Shown: positions 9,243-17,347 of the stretch, piece after piece | How positions within the stretch are numbered: the first letter of the stretch is position 1 | Layout of the letters: every line of letters begins with the position of its first letter | NCBI GenBank assembly: GCA_049322255.1 | Contig: JBMORE010000008.1 | Span: 1-39,297 of the forward strand | From: Myxococcota bacterium | GTDB taxonomy: Bacteria; Myxococcota; Myxococcia; Myxococcales; Myxococcaceae | Length of the DNA stretch: 39,297 bases | Direction of reading: 5' to 3' | Translations under genes and position numbers: made by a program | Notes under the pieces: model-generated | Seen by the model: only the letters and a program-made list of their open reading frames with translations | Database searches by the model: none | Told to the model about the DNA's origin: nothing

Positions 9243-9602
9243 TCAGTCGGACAAGAGTGTTTCATCTGTTCCGAGTACCAGCGCGACGCCCTGAAGCACT
9301 TGCTTGAGGCAGGCGCTTCGCAACGAGCCAACTCGTTCAACCAGACGAGCTTTCTCGATGGTTCGCAGTTGAGTCACGTTCACCACGCTTGGCACGGGCA
9401 GATTGGCCTCTCCTTTTCCGAGCCGAACGTTCCCGGGCATAGCCGCCAAACGCATGTTGGAGGTGATGGCTGCAACCACGGTGGTGTTGATTGCACTTCG
9501 GTTGAAGCGATCATGCTGAACGACGACTGCCGGTCGGCGCCCGGCGGGTTCCGACCCGCGGCCTCTGAACGTGAGCCAGTACACGTCGCCTTGCGTCACC
9601 AC
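9243..9602 (-). CDS. mazF: MazF/PemK family toxin (endoribonuclease)
   Basis: 'QGDVYW...GSEPAGRRPAVVVQ...TVVAAITS...SVVNVTQLRTIEK'. GTG start (9602 or 9599) overlaps the antitoxin stop. Confidence 0.93.
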   Translation of the reverse strand: MVTQGDVYWLTFRGRGSEPAGRRPAVVVQHDRFNRSAINTTVVAAITSNMRLAAMPGNVRLGKGEANLPVPSVVNVTQLRTIEKARLVERVGSLRSACLKQVLQGVALVLGTDETLLSD

Positions 9603-9874
9603 CCCGACTCTTCCCACGAAGTGCCCACCGAATCGAGCCACCTACTATCGGCTTGCTGTTGGTCAGCGACTCGTTTGTCCTCGAAGAGAGCGTTCAGACG
9701 GCGAGTAATGTCCGCATCGCGTCTGGCTCGCACCGCTTCGCGCAGGACCCGTTGAATGAAACGACTGCGCGATTCGCCACGAGCGCGCGCACTTCGATCG
9801 ACCGCCTCGAGCAGATCGGCCGGAACCGCGATCGCCGTCTTGCGGGTCAGATGGGTAGTTGCTTTGGTAGTCAT
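9596..9874 (-). CDS. Ribbon-helix-helix (CopG-type) antitoxin
   Basis: 'KTAIAVPADLLEAVDRSARARGESRSRFIQRVL' RHH; acidic/Trp C-terminus; directly upstream of and overlapping mazF. Confidence 0.88.
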   Translation of the reverse strand: MTTKATTHLTRKTAIAVPADLLEAVDRSARARGESRSRFIQRVLREAVRARRDADITRRLNALFEDKRVADQQQADSRWLDSVGTSWEESGW

Positions 9875-9881
9875 AGAATGA

Positions 9882-9911
9882 ATACTAGTATCCACGGTGG
9901 GATTTTCGCAA
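9882..9911 (-). promoter_or_regulatory. TA promoter with palindromic operator
   Basis: TTGCGA-N18-TAGTAT, then 7 nt to ATG. Perfect palindrome ATACTAGTAT (9882-9891) covers the -10. Confidence 0.55.
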
Positions 9912-9926
9912 CGAGCCAGCCGTTCT

Positions 9927-10694
9927 TCAGGAAGCAAGCAGGTCGTAGCCCAGGCGCACCACCAGCCCCAGCACCACCACCAGCACTACCCGGCGAATGG
10001 TGCGCTCTCCCCCTTTGATCGCGAGATGCGCGCCGACGAGGGCGCCGAGGAATTGGGCGCCGGCCATCGGGAGCGCGATTTTCCACACCACGGCTCCCCT
10101 CGCCGCCAAAAGCAACACCGCCGCGAGGTTGGAGGCGAAGTTCACTACCTTGGCAGCTGCGGTGGCGCGCGGAACCGAGACGTGGAGCAGCCCCACGAAC
10201 GCAAGGAAGAGGAAGGTGCCGGTGCCTGGACCAAAGAAGCCGTCGTAGGCGCCGATGCCCAAGGAGAACACCGCCGCGACAACGCGCGCATAACGCCTGG
10301 GCGCGCGCGCCTCTTCCGACGGAACGCGGCGGAACGCCACCACGAAACCGGCCACCACCAAGAGCACGAGAATGATCGGCCGCAGGACGCTCGGGTCGAG
10401 CCAGAGCAGAAGCGCTGCGCCAGCGAGGGCGCCTGCAAAGCCGGCGGGGAAGGTCGCAGCCGCTTGCCGCACGTCGATAAGACCTGCGTGCGCGTAGCGC
10501 CAGACGGCCGTGGCAGCACCGAATACCGACTGTCCTTTGTTGGTCCCCAGCGCCAGGTGCGGCGGAAGGCCCGCGGCCAGAAGCACCGGTACGGTGACGA
10601 GCCCTCCACCACCGGCGATGGCATCGATCGCACCCGCGACGAACGCGGCGACGACCAGCGTGGCGAGCATCGGCGACGAGAGGGGAAGCTCCAC
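9927..10694 (-). CDS. TSUP (TauE/SafE) family permease
   Basis: 'AGAIDAIAGGGGLVTVP', 'ALGTNK', 'YDGFFGPGTGTF', 'AKVVNFASN'; multi-TM. Start 10694 or 10670. Confidence 0.92.
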   Translation of the reverse strand: MELPLSSPMLATLVVAAFVAGAIDAIAGGGGLVTVPVLLAAGLPPHLALGTNKGQSVFGAATAVWRYAHAGLIDVRQAAATFPAGFAGALAGAALLLWLDPSVLRPIILVLLVVAGFVVAFRRVPSEEARAPRRYARVVAAVFSLGIGAYDGFFGPGTGTFLFLAFVGLLHVSVPRATAAAKVVNFASNLAAVLLLAARGAVVWKIALPMAGAQFLGALVGAHLAIKGGERTIRRVVLVVVLGLVVRLGYDLLAS

Positions 10695-10817
10695 CAGCCA
10701 AAGCGGAATCGAAGGTCGCACGCTTGGCAAGCTCGAACCGGGCGGCCGCCCTGTCGGCTGGACGGTAGCGGCGAGCTCACGCCTCGGTGCTTAGCGTGCG
10801 AAGGAAGGAGATGCCTC

Positions 10818-11282
10818 ATGCAGACCGCCGAGTGGGCCAGCCCGCCCGACCGCCTACGAAAGCTGATCGAGGGCAAGCACGTCGCGATGCTCACCACCGT
10901 GGAGGAGGACGGCAGCCTGCACAGCCGGCCGATGTGGGCGCAGGAGATCGACTCCCAAGGCAACCTGTGGTTCCTCACCCCCACCGACTCGGCCAAGGTG
11001 CACGAGGTGGAGCACAACGCGCACGTCAACGTGAGCTTCGCCGACGTCGAACAGGACCGGTACGTGTCCATCTCCGGGGTGGCCCAGGCGTGGAAAGACC
11101 CCGCGCGCACCGAACGGCTCTCCTCGCAGCTCGACCCCGCCTGGTTCCCTTCGGGCCGGCTACCGGCGATGACTCTCTTGCGAATCGTCATCTCGCGCGC
11201 CCAATACTGGGACCGCGCCCTGCAACGAATGACGCAGATCGGCGACTTTGGCGCAGGCGCTGCGGCCCCCCTGCCGCATTGA
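10818..11282 (+). CDS. Pyridoxamine 5'-phosphate oxidase-like / general stress protein 26 family
   Basis: 'AMLTTVEEDGSLHSRPM', 'LWFLT', 'YVSISG', 'AWFP', 'AQYWD'; ATG 10818 after AAGGAG. Confidence 0.88.
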   Translation: MQTAEWASPPDRLRKLIEGKHVAMLTTVEEDGSLHSRPMWAQEIDSQGNLWFLTPTDSAKVHEVEHNAHVNVSFADVEQDRYVSISGVAQAWKDPARTERLSSQLDPAWFPSGRLPAMTLLRIVISRAQYWDRALQRMTQIGDFGAGAAAPLPH

Positions 11283-11288
11283 AGGCCT

Positions 11289-11771
11289 CTATTCCTTGGG
11301 GCCGAGGAGGCTCTTGAGCTTGGCCGTGGCGATCACCTCGCGCGCAGGGTTCTCCAGGCGGATCTGCACCTCGTACTCCTGGCGCTCGCTGCTCTTGGGA
11401 ATGGGTGACTCGGCGACGGCGGTGATCTTCCCCCGCGCCTTCTTGAGGTAGGCGATCGACAAGCCGGTGATGATCATCCGCGCGTCGGGAGGCATCGCCG
11501 CGATGAGCGCCAGGTTCCCGGTGAGCTCGGCCAGATTGGCGAGGGCGATGGCGTGCACCGAATGGAGGTGGTTGCGCACCTTGCGACGATCCACCAGGTG
11601 GGCACGGGCGAACCCGGGGCGCATCTCCTCGATGCGGGCGTCGATGGTCGCGGTGTAAGGCGCCATCAAACCCAGCGCCTTGCTGAACAGCGCCTTGCCG
11701 CCGGGGAGCGCGGAGAACCGCTCCCAGTGCTGGCGAAGCTGGGCGACGTCGACAAGGGGCGTTTTGGACAT
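11289..11771 (-). CDS. Hot-dog fold thioesterase-like protein (DUF4442/PaaI-like)
   Basis: 'APYTATI', 'VRNHLHSVHAIALANLAE', 'YLKKARG'. Confidence 0.85.
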   Translation of the reverse strand: MSKTPLVDVAQLRQHWERFSALPGGKALFSKALGLMAPYTATIDARIEEMRPGFARAHLVDRRKVRNHLHSVHAIALANLAELTGNLALIAAMPPDARMIITGLSIAYLKKARGKITAVAESPIPKSSERQEYEVQIRLENPAREVIATAKLKSLLGPKE

Positions 11772-11884
11772 GCCACGAAAGATAGCGCAGCGAGACGTTC
11801 GTTTGAGGTGAAACGCATTTCCCCCTCACGGCAAGAGCGCTACAGTGCCTCCACTTCGCCAAGGGCCGGGTCGAGGGGGTTCAC

Positions 11885-13096
11885 GTGTTCCAGATACGAA
11901 CGTGGTCGGTTGCCGCAGCGCTGCTCGTCTCGACAGGCGCGGTAGCATTTTCCACGGGAATCGACAGCGCCCAATTCGGGGCCACCGGCTGCCCGCAATG
12001 CCACAACGGGGGAACGACACCGCTCATCTCCCTCTTCACCGGACCCGCTACCCTGATGACGGGCCAGGCGGGAACGTTCACCGTGCAGTTCTCGACGCCC
12101 AACGGCCCCAACGGCGGCTTCAACCTGAGCGCCAGCGCCGCCGGCACCTTCTCTCCCACGACCAGCATGGCGGGGGCCAAGGTGAAGGTGCTCGCGGGCG
12201 CCAACCAGTTCACCGAAGCGACCCACGACATGCCCAAGGCTGACGCCGACGACGGCGTCACCGACAACACCATCACCTTCGAGGTGGAGTGGGCTCCCGC
12301 TCAGGGTACCAGCGGCACGGTGACGTTCACCGTCTGGACCAACTCGGTCAACTTGAGCAGCGACCCCCTGGGGGACATGGCGACGATGGCCACCACCACC
12401 GTGGCGGTCACCTGCGTGCTGATTTCCTCGGTGATGGCCTGCGCGGGGAAGAACTGCGGCACGGTGTCGGACGGCTGCGGCGGGAGCTACACCTGCGGCA
12501 CCGGAGCGATGTGTCCTCAGCCTTTCGAGACCTGTGGCGGCGGGGGCACTCCCAACGTGTGCGGGTGTACGCCCACCACTTGCCTCGCCCAGGGGAAGAA
12601 CTGCGACTCGATCTCCGACACCTGCGGTGGCATGTTGAGCTGCGGAAGCTGCACGGCTCCGCAGACGTGCGGCGGTGGTGGCACGAACAACGTCTGCGGC
12701 TGTACGCCTACCCCGCAGGCAACGGCATGCGCCAACAAGAACTGCGGCGATGTCGCCGACGGCTGCGGCGGCACCTCGAGCTGTGGAAGCTGCACCGCCC
12801 CCCAGACCTGCGGCGGCGGTGGCACGGCCAACGTGTGCGGTTGCTCGCCCGTTCCCATGGCGACCGCCTGCGCCGGAAAGGTCTGCGGTGTGGTCGCTGA
12901 TGGCTGCGGGGGCAGCCACACGTGCGGCACCTGCGCCACCGGGGTGTGCGCAAACAACGTGTGTACCTCTCCCGACGCGGGGACAGGGGGCGGGAGTGGC
13001 GGCAACGGGTGCAGCTGCGGCGCCGCCGGCCCGACGGCCACCTTCGGCTGGGCGCTGCTGGCCCTTGCTTTCTTCGCCCGCCGTCGCTTCAGCTAA
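11885..13096 (+). CDS. Surface protein: CxxCH/Reeler-like N-domain, Cys-rich repeats, MYXO-CTERM sorting signal
   Basis: Signal peptide; 'GCPQCH'; 'GGFNLSA...EATH' Reeler/choice-of-anchor-V-like; C-terminal 'GCSC...WALLALAFFARRR'. Confidence 0.85.
   Translation: MFQIRTWSVAAALLVSTGAVAFSTGIDSAQFGATGCPQCHNGGTTPLISLFTGPATLMTGQAGTFTVQFSTPNGPNGGFNLSASAAGTFSPTTSMAGAKVKVLAGANQFTEATHDMPKADADDGVTDNTITFEVEWAPAQGTSGTVTFTVWTNSVNLSSDPLGDMATMATTTVAVTCVLISSVMACAGKNCGTVSDGCGGSYTCGTGAMCPQPFETCGGGGTPNVCGCTPTTCLAQGKNCDSISDTCGGMLSCGSCTAPQTCGGGGTNNVCGCTPTPQATACANKNCGDVADGCGGTSSCGSCTAPQTCGGGGTANVCGCSPVPMATACAGKVCGVVADGCGGSHTCGTCATGVCANNVCTSPDAGTGGGSGGNGCSCGAAGPTATFGWALLALAFFARRRFS
12440..12964 (+). repeat. Four intragenic Cys-rich repeats (CxxKNCGxVxDGCGG...CGxC...CGGGGTxNVCGC; fourth partial)
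   Basis: Visible in the translation and as DNA repeats such as gacggctgcggcgg and tgcggcggyggyggcac. Confidence 0.9.
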
Positions 13097-13120
13097 ACCC
13101 CTTCTTCCCAAGGGGGTCGC

Positions 13121-13675
13121 ATGAAGGGGCTCTTTCTCACCGGAGCGGTGGTGGCCGCCGCGCTCTCCACCTGGGCATGGGTAGGCGTCGGTTCGACACA
13201 CACCTCCCACTCCTTCAGCCAGCTGACACAGATGGCCGACGAATTCACCCGCTTGGGAGATGCGTTGACCGCGGACCAACGCATCTCCCACGAGCTCGTC
13301 TTGGCCGAACGCCGCCGGCGCGTTCTGGTGCCGGTGGGCATTGGCGCGGCGGCGCTTTTCGTCGCTGGAGCGATCGTCACCCGTGGCCGCTCGCGCAAGG
13401 CCAAGCGCACGAACGAGGAGCAGCGCCTGGCCGCGGCCGTGGGCGACCCGGCGCTCACCCTGCAAGGCGCCCGCATGAAGGCCGCGGCGCTCTTGGGGGT
13501 GACGCCCGACGCTCCCGCCGCGGTCATCGAGGCGGCCCTCAACGCCCAGCTCGAGTCGCGTGCGCCACACCTTCTCGAGGGCCTGGCGCCGGATCTTCAA
13601 AAGATGGCGCTCGCGCGCCGCGAGGAGCTCATTCGCGCGCGAGACCTCTTGCTGCGGCGGCCTCCAGCTCCATGA
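13121..13675 (+). CDS. Membrane protein with C-terminal degenerate J-domain-like region
   Basis: Two hydrophobic segments. 'AAALLGVTPDAPAAVIEAA...RAPH..EGLAPDLQKMA..RREELIRARDLL' follows the DjlA-like J pattern without HPD. Confidence 0.6.
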   Translation: MKGLFLTGAVVAAALSTWAWVGVGSTHTSHSFSQLTQMADEFTRLGDALTADQRISHELVLAERRRRVLVPVGIGAAALFVAGAIVTRGRSRKAKRTNEEQRLAAAVGDPALTLQGARMKAAALLGVTPDAPAAVIEAALNAQLESRAPHLLEGLAPDLQKMALARREELIRARDLLLRRPPAP

Positions 13676-13758
13676 CCCGGTCCTCTCCAACGGTCACATG
13701 CGCCCACCCCGGTGCGGTGAAGCTGTCTTGCTCGGCCGGGACGTGATTGTCTTTCCTC

Positions 13759-14280
13759 ATGGAGCAGGACGTCGACGGCCTCAAGGAGTTTCTCGCGGGC
13801 ATCGCGGTGTTTGGCGGCCTCGAAGAGCGCTCGCTCGATCGCATCGTCGGCATGCTGGTGGAGCACCAGTTTCCCAAAGGAGCGCAGGTGTGCCGCCAGG
13901 GTGAACCGGGGCGTTCGATGTATGTGGTGCGCGCTGGTGAAGTGGTCGTCTGCCGTGAATCGGCGTCGGGCGCCATGGTGCGCGTCACCCGCCTGGGGCC
14001 GGGCGAGTTGTTCGGCGAGATGACGCTCATCGACGTGCAGCCGCGCTCGGCGACCATTTTGGTCGAGGAGCCGGCGCGGCTCTACTCGCTCACCAACCGC
14101 GACCTCTACGCTCTCTACCAAGAGGACGTCACCGGCTACGTCATGGTCTTGCAGAACATCTGCCGTGAGCTGTCCCGCCGCCTGCGCCGCGCCGACTCCC
14201 GCATCACCGAAATGGCCGACAGCGCCAAAGATGAGGCCACCCAGATTCATCCTGCCGTGAAGCGAGAGCGCCCGGCATGA
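13759..14280 (+). CDS. Cyclic-nucleotide-binding domain protein (no HTH)
   Basis: 'QGEPGRSMYVVRAGEV', 'LGPGELFGEMTLID..PRSAT' phosphate-binding cassette; ends after the C-helix. Confidence 0.9.
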   Translation: MEQDVDGLKEFLAGIAVFGGLEERSLDRIVGMLVEHQFPKGAQVCRQGEPGRSMYVVRAGEVVVCRESASGAMVRVTRLGPGELFGEMTLIDVQPRSATILVEEPARLYSLTNRDLYALYQEDVTGYVMVLQNICRELSRRLRRADSRITEMADSAKDEATQIHPAVKRERPA

Positions 14281-15089
14281 AAGCCAAGCTCTGGCTCACC
14301 GCCCAAGGGGTGATGGCGCTGGTGCTGGGGGTGAGCGCGGCAGTGCAGCTCAACGATCCCGACCCGGTGCGGTGGATGGCGATTTACGCCGCGGGTGCAA
14401 TCGCCTGCGTGCTGTCGATCGCTCGCCGGCTGCCCTGGTTCGTCAGCGCAGCCATCGGAGGAGTCGCCCTGGCGTGGGCGGTGACGTTGGCGCCCGCGGT
14501 CATTGCACGTGTTCCTGCCGCCTCCGACGTGCTCACCTGGAAGATGCGCGACACCTCGGTGGAGGAGACCCGGGAGATGTTCGGGTTGCTCATCGAGGTG
14601 GGGTGCATGACGGTGCTCACCGTGCGCGGCCTTTTCTTTGGCCGCAAGAGGCGATTTCGGCATCCGCCCGATCCGCGCGTCGCGGCTCACCCTTGGCTGG
14701 GCGCGATGCTCGAGGCCCTCGGTGAGCGCTACCGCTTGGGCCAAGACGCGGCCGACGGTATTCAGCTTTTGTGTCGCACCGGCAAGGCACGCTTCAACCC
14801 CATGCGCGTCTGGGTTCGCCCCGCCGACCACCATGTGCTGGGCGACTACGACGTCCGCATCGAGGAAGGAAAGCCGGTGGAAGTGGGCCGGGCCCTCCTC
14901 GACCAGCGGGTGAGCCCGCGTCTGGGGCCTTTGGGGCTCACCCCCGCGCAGGAAACCGTCGAGGAGTGGGCAGGCATGGTGCTCACCCGCCGCTACGCAG
15001 GCAGTTGCCCCGACCCGGGCCGCGCCGCCCAGGCGGTGGAGCTCATGTGCCGGGGGTCCGATCAGGTGATGAACACCGCGCTGGAGTGA
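14277..15089 (+). CDS. TMEM220-like membrane domain fused to an unknown soluble domain
   Basis: 'AVQLNDPDPVRWMAIY' and 'VEETREMFGLLI' TMEM220 motifs in aa 1-120; ~145 aa hydrophilic tail. ATGA overlap with the cNMP gene. Confidence 0.7.
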   Translation: MKAKLWLTAQGVMALVLGVSAAVQLNDPDPVRWMAIYAAGAIACVLSIARRLPWFVSAAIGGVALAWAVTLAPAVIARVPAASDVLTWKMRDTSVEETREMFGLLIEVGCMTVLTVRGLFFGRKRRFRHPPDPRVAAHPWLGAMLEALGERYRLGQDAADGIQLLCRTGKARFNPMRVWVRPADHHVLGDYDVRIEEGKPVEVGRALLDQRVSPRLGPLGLTPAQETVEEWAGMVLTRRYAGSCPDPGRAAQAVELMCRGSDQVMNTALE

Positions 15090-15224
15090 CGTCGCCGCGG
15101 TAGGAAGGGTTTTTCCCTCATTGGGCAAGGCGGGTGCACCGGGGGCGCTCCTGACGTGTGCCGGCGCTTCGATCGCCCTGGCCCGCTCTTGGCAACGCTG
15201 AAAAACTGCTCGAGGGAGGGCGCC

Positions 15225-16718
15225 ATGGCGAGACTTCGAACGGAGTGGCTCACCCTGGTGGCCGCAGCATGTGCTCCGCAAGCGACCTCCCACTTTCAGT
15301 TCGAAAGCAGCCCCAGCGGTGACGGGTCCACCGAGCCCGCTCAGGTCCTGCTCCGCCCCTTCGAGCCAAGGGTTCGCACCGCGCCCCAGAACCTTCCCGA
15401 CGCGGGCACCCCCTTCGGTGGGCCGGGCCCCTGGCCGATCGCCCACGTCACCTACTCGCGCTCCCAGGGCATTCTCGAAACCCCGATCGTCGGCCACTCC
15501 ACCGACGAGGCGCAGAACCGGTGGGTCGCCACGCACCAGGCGCTGTACCTGTTGCGCCCCGGCGACTCCGTCTTTCGTCGCTTCGGCTCAGCCGAGGGCC
15601 TGCACCTCCAAGACAACCCCGAGCGCTACTGCGACAGCAATTTCAGCGGCGGGGACAAGAGCTGCCCCATCTTCGGCGCTGCCGCAGACCCCGGCATCAC
15701 CACCATCGTCGGCGGCGGCCCCAACGAGGTCTTCGTCGGCTACGCGGGCATCGACGACGGGCCCGGCGACTGGAGCGACCTCGATCGCCACTCCGGGAAG
15801 CTCGACCGCGTGCGTCTTCGAAGTGATGGCACCCTCCAGGTCGACCGCTTCGACTTCGTCGCCAACGCTCACGGCGCACAGTATTGGCACAACCGCACCG
15901 TGCAACGGCTGGTGTTCGACCACTTCCTTCACCCCCACGAGCTCTACGTGGGCATGAACCACGGCGTCACCTTGGTGCGCCCCGACCAGTTCCGCCGTCC
16001 CAACCCTGGCGAGTGGTTCGACGCGGTCAACCTCGAGTACATGGCCGACCACCTCCACGCGCGCGTCTGCTACCACGCGCCGTGCGACGCCACGACCAGC
16101 AACCAGCGCATGGGCGACTGGCGCGGGCTGGCGCTCTCCCCCGATGGCAACCTGTGGACCGCCGGGAAGTGGACCGCAGGGAAAATCGTCTGGCACGAAG
16201 ACCTGTACACTTGGTTCTCCCGGCCAGGGGGCGACACCTTCGCCGAGTCCTTCGGAGACCCCTACCCGTTGCCCGACAACGGGAATGGCTACGTGAACGA
16301 ACCTGTCTTCCGGCCTCCGGCGGAGGGCGACCCGGTGCACCTGAGCGCGGTGTCGGTCGCCTCCGACGGGCGCGTCTGGTTCGCGAGCGACCCTCCCGCC
16401 AGCAGCGGCGACCCGGCCTACGGCGTGGCGGTGTGGGACGGCAGGCGCTTCATCACCTTCGATCCGGTCGCGCAGCTCGGCATGGCTGAACGGAAGGTGG
16501 TCGACCTGGTGGCGCTCCCAGACGGACGCGTCGTGGTGGCAGGCCCTTCCACTGGGCTGGTCGTCTACGACCCGGCAAGCGGAAGAAGCGTTCCACTGCG
16601 AGCGCCTGCCTATCTCGCAGATGACAACGTGCAGCGGCTGGAGCTGGACACGATGGTCTCGCCTCCAGCGCTGCACGTCTCGACCTGGTCAGGGGCCTCG
16701 GTGCTGCGAGGCTTCTAG
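15225..16718 (+). CDS. Putative beta-propeller lipoprotein
   Basis: ATG 15225 after GGAGG; lipobox LVAAA-C; repeated 'xxDGxLW/VW' blade motifs. Confidence 0.7.
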   Translation: MARLRTEWLTLVAAACAPQATSHFQFESSPSGDGSTEPAQVLLRPFEPRVRTAPQNLPDAGTPFGGPGPWPIAHVTYSRSQGILETPIVGHSTDEAQNRWVATHQALYLLRPGDSVFRRFGSAEGLHLQDNPERYCDSNFSGGDKSCPIFGAAADPGITTIVGGGPNEVFVGYAGIDDGPGDWSDLDRHSGKLDRVRLRSDGTLQVDRFDFVANAHGAQYWHNRTVQRLVFDHFLHPHELYVGMNHGVTLVRPDQFRRPNPGEWFDAVNLEYMADHLHARVCYHAPCDATTSNQRMGDWRGLALSPDGNLWTAGKWTAGKIVWHEDLYTWFSRPGGDTFAESFGDPYPLPDNGNGYVNEPVFRPPAEGDPVHLSAVSVASDGRVWFASDPPASSGDPAYGVAVWDGRRFITFDPVAQLGMAERKVVDLVALPDGRVVVAGPSTGLVVYDPASGRSVPLRAPAYLADDNVQRLELDTMVSPPALHVSTWSGASVLRGF

Positions 16719-16719
16719 G

Positions 16720-17196
16720 TCACGCCTTGGCTTTTCCACCGGCCTTGAGCGCGATGCGCTTGGGCTGCACCTCGGGCTTTTTCGGCAGGGCGATGGTCAG
16801 CACCCCGTCTTTGAGCTCGCAGTGGATGTTGTCGGGGTCTACGCCCTCCGGCAGCGTGAACGTGCGCTCGAACGAGCCGTGCGCGCGCTCGTAGGAGTAG
16901 TACCGCTGCCCCTCCTCCTTCTTCTCCAGCTCGCGCTTACCGGAGACCGACAACCGATTTCCGGTGAGGGTGATCTCCAGATCCTCCTCCTTCACTCCTG
17001 GGACGTCTGCCTTGAAGACATACGCTTCCTTGGTCTCCGTGACATCGAACGAGGGTGTGAACGTCACCAACCGCTCTCGCTCCGGCCATACCTGCAACAT
17101 CTCGCGGAACGGATCCCACCCCAAGAGCTCGCGCATGCGGCGAAACGGCTCCACACCTATCTCCTCACCACGCCGAATGATGTCTCCCAATGCCAT
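16720..17196 (-). CDS. Small heat-shock protein Hsp20
   Basis: 'WDPF', 'FDVTET..AYVFKADVPG', 'ERAHGSFERTFTLP', 'LKDGVLTIALPK'; SD AAGGAG. Confidence 0.96.
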   Translation of the reverse strand: MALGDIIRRGEEIGVEPFRRMRELLGWDPFREMLQVWPERERLVTFTPSFDVTETKEAYVFKADVPGVKEEDLEITLTGNRLSVSGKRELEKKEEGQRYYSYERAHGSFERTFTLPEGVDPDNIHCELKDGVLTIALPKKPEVQPKRIALKAGGKAKA

Positions 17197-17245
17197 GATG
17201 ATTTCTCCTTTCCAAAAGGCCTCGTTGGGAAGCCTCTCTTCTTTT

Positions 17246-17272
17246 GGTAGGGCACATGGTGGGTGACGCAAG
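17246..17272 (-). promoter_or_regulatory. Possible RpoH-type heat-shock promoter of hsp20
   Basis: CTTG-N17-CCTACC on the minus strand ~50 nt upstream of the start; resembles the CTTG-N17-CCTATNT RpoH pattern. Confidence 0.35.
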
Positions 17273-17347
17273 CCCCGACGCTGAGGCTCGAGGCGACGTG
17301 CGCGTGTCAGCTCCACGGGCGACTCGACATGCCCGTGCACGAGGTCT

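Noticed and set aside
9897..11282. 461-aa ORF
   Set aside because: Only the part from ATG 10818 is protein-like; the rest is antisense to the TSUP gene.
12440..12964. CRISPR-like array
   Set aside because: The repeats are in-frame coding repeats with synonymous variation; no constant repeat/unique spacer pattern and no cas genes in the window.
11840..13690. Long antisense ORFs (also 18996..21239, 17387..18946, 15588..16676, 32084..33202, 37063..38400)
   Set aside because: Shadow ORFs expected opposite real genes in high-GC DNA; no motifs.
17197..17247. FourU-like RNA thermometer in the hsp20 leader (CCUUU pairing with AAAGG)
   Set aside because: The same U-run pairs in a longer upstream hairpin (GAGAGGCUUC/GAGGCCUUUU) that leaves the SD free; no ROSE motif seen.
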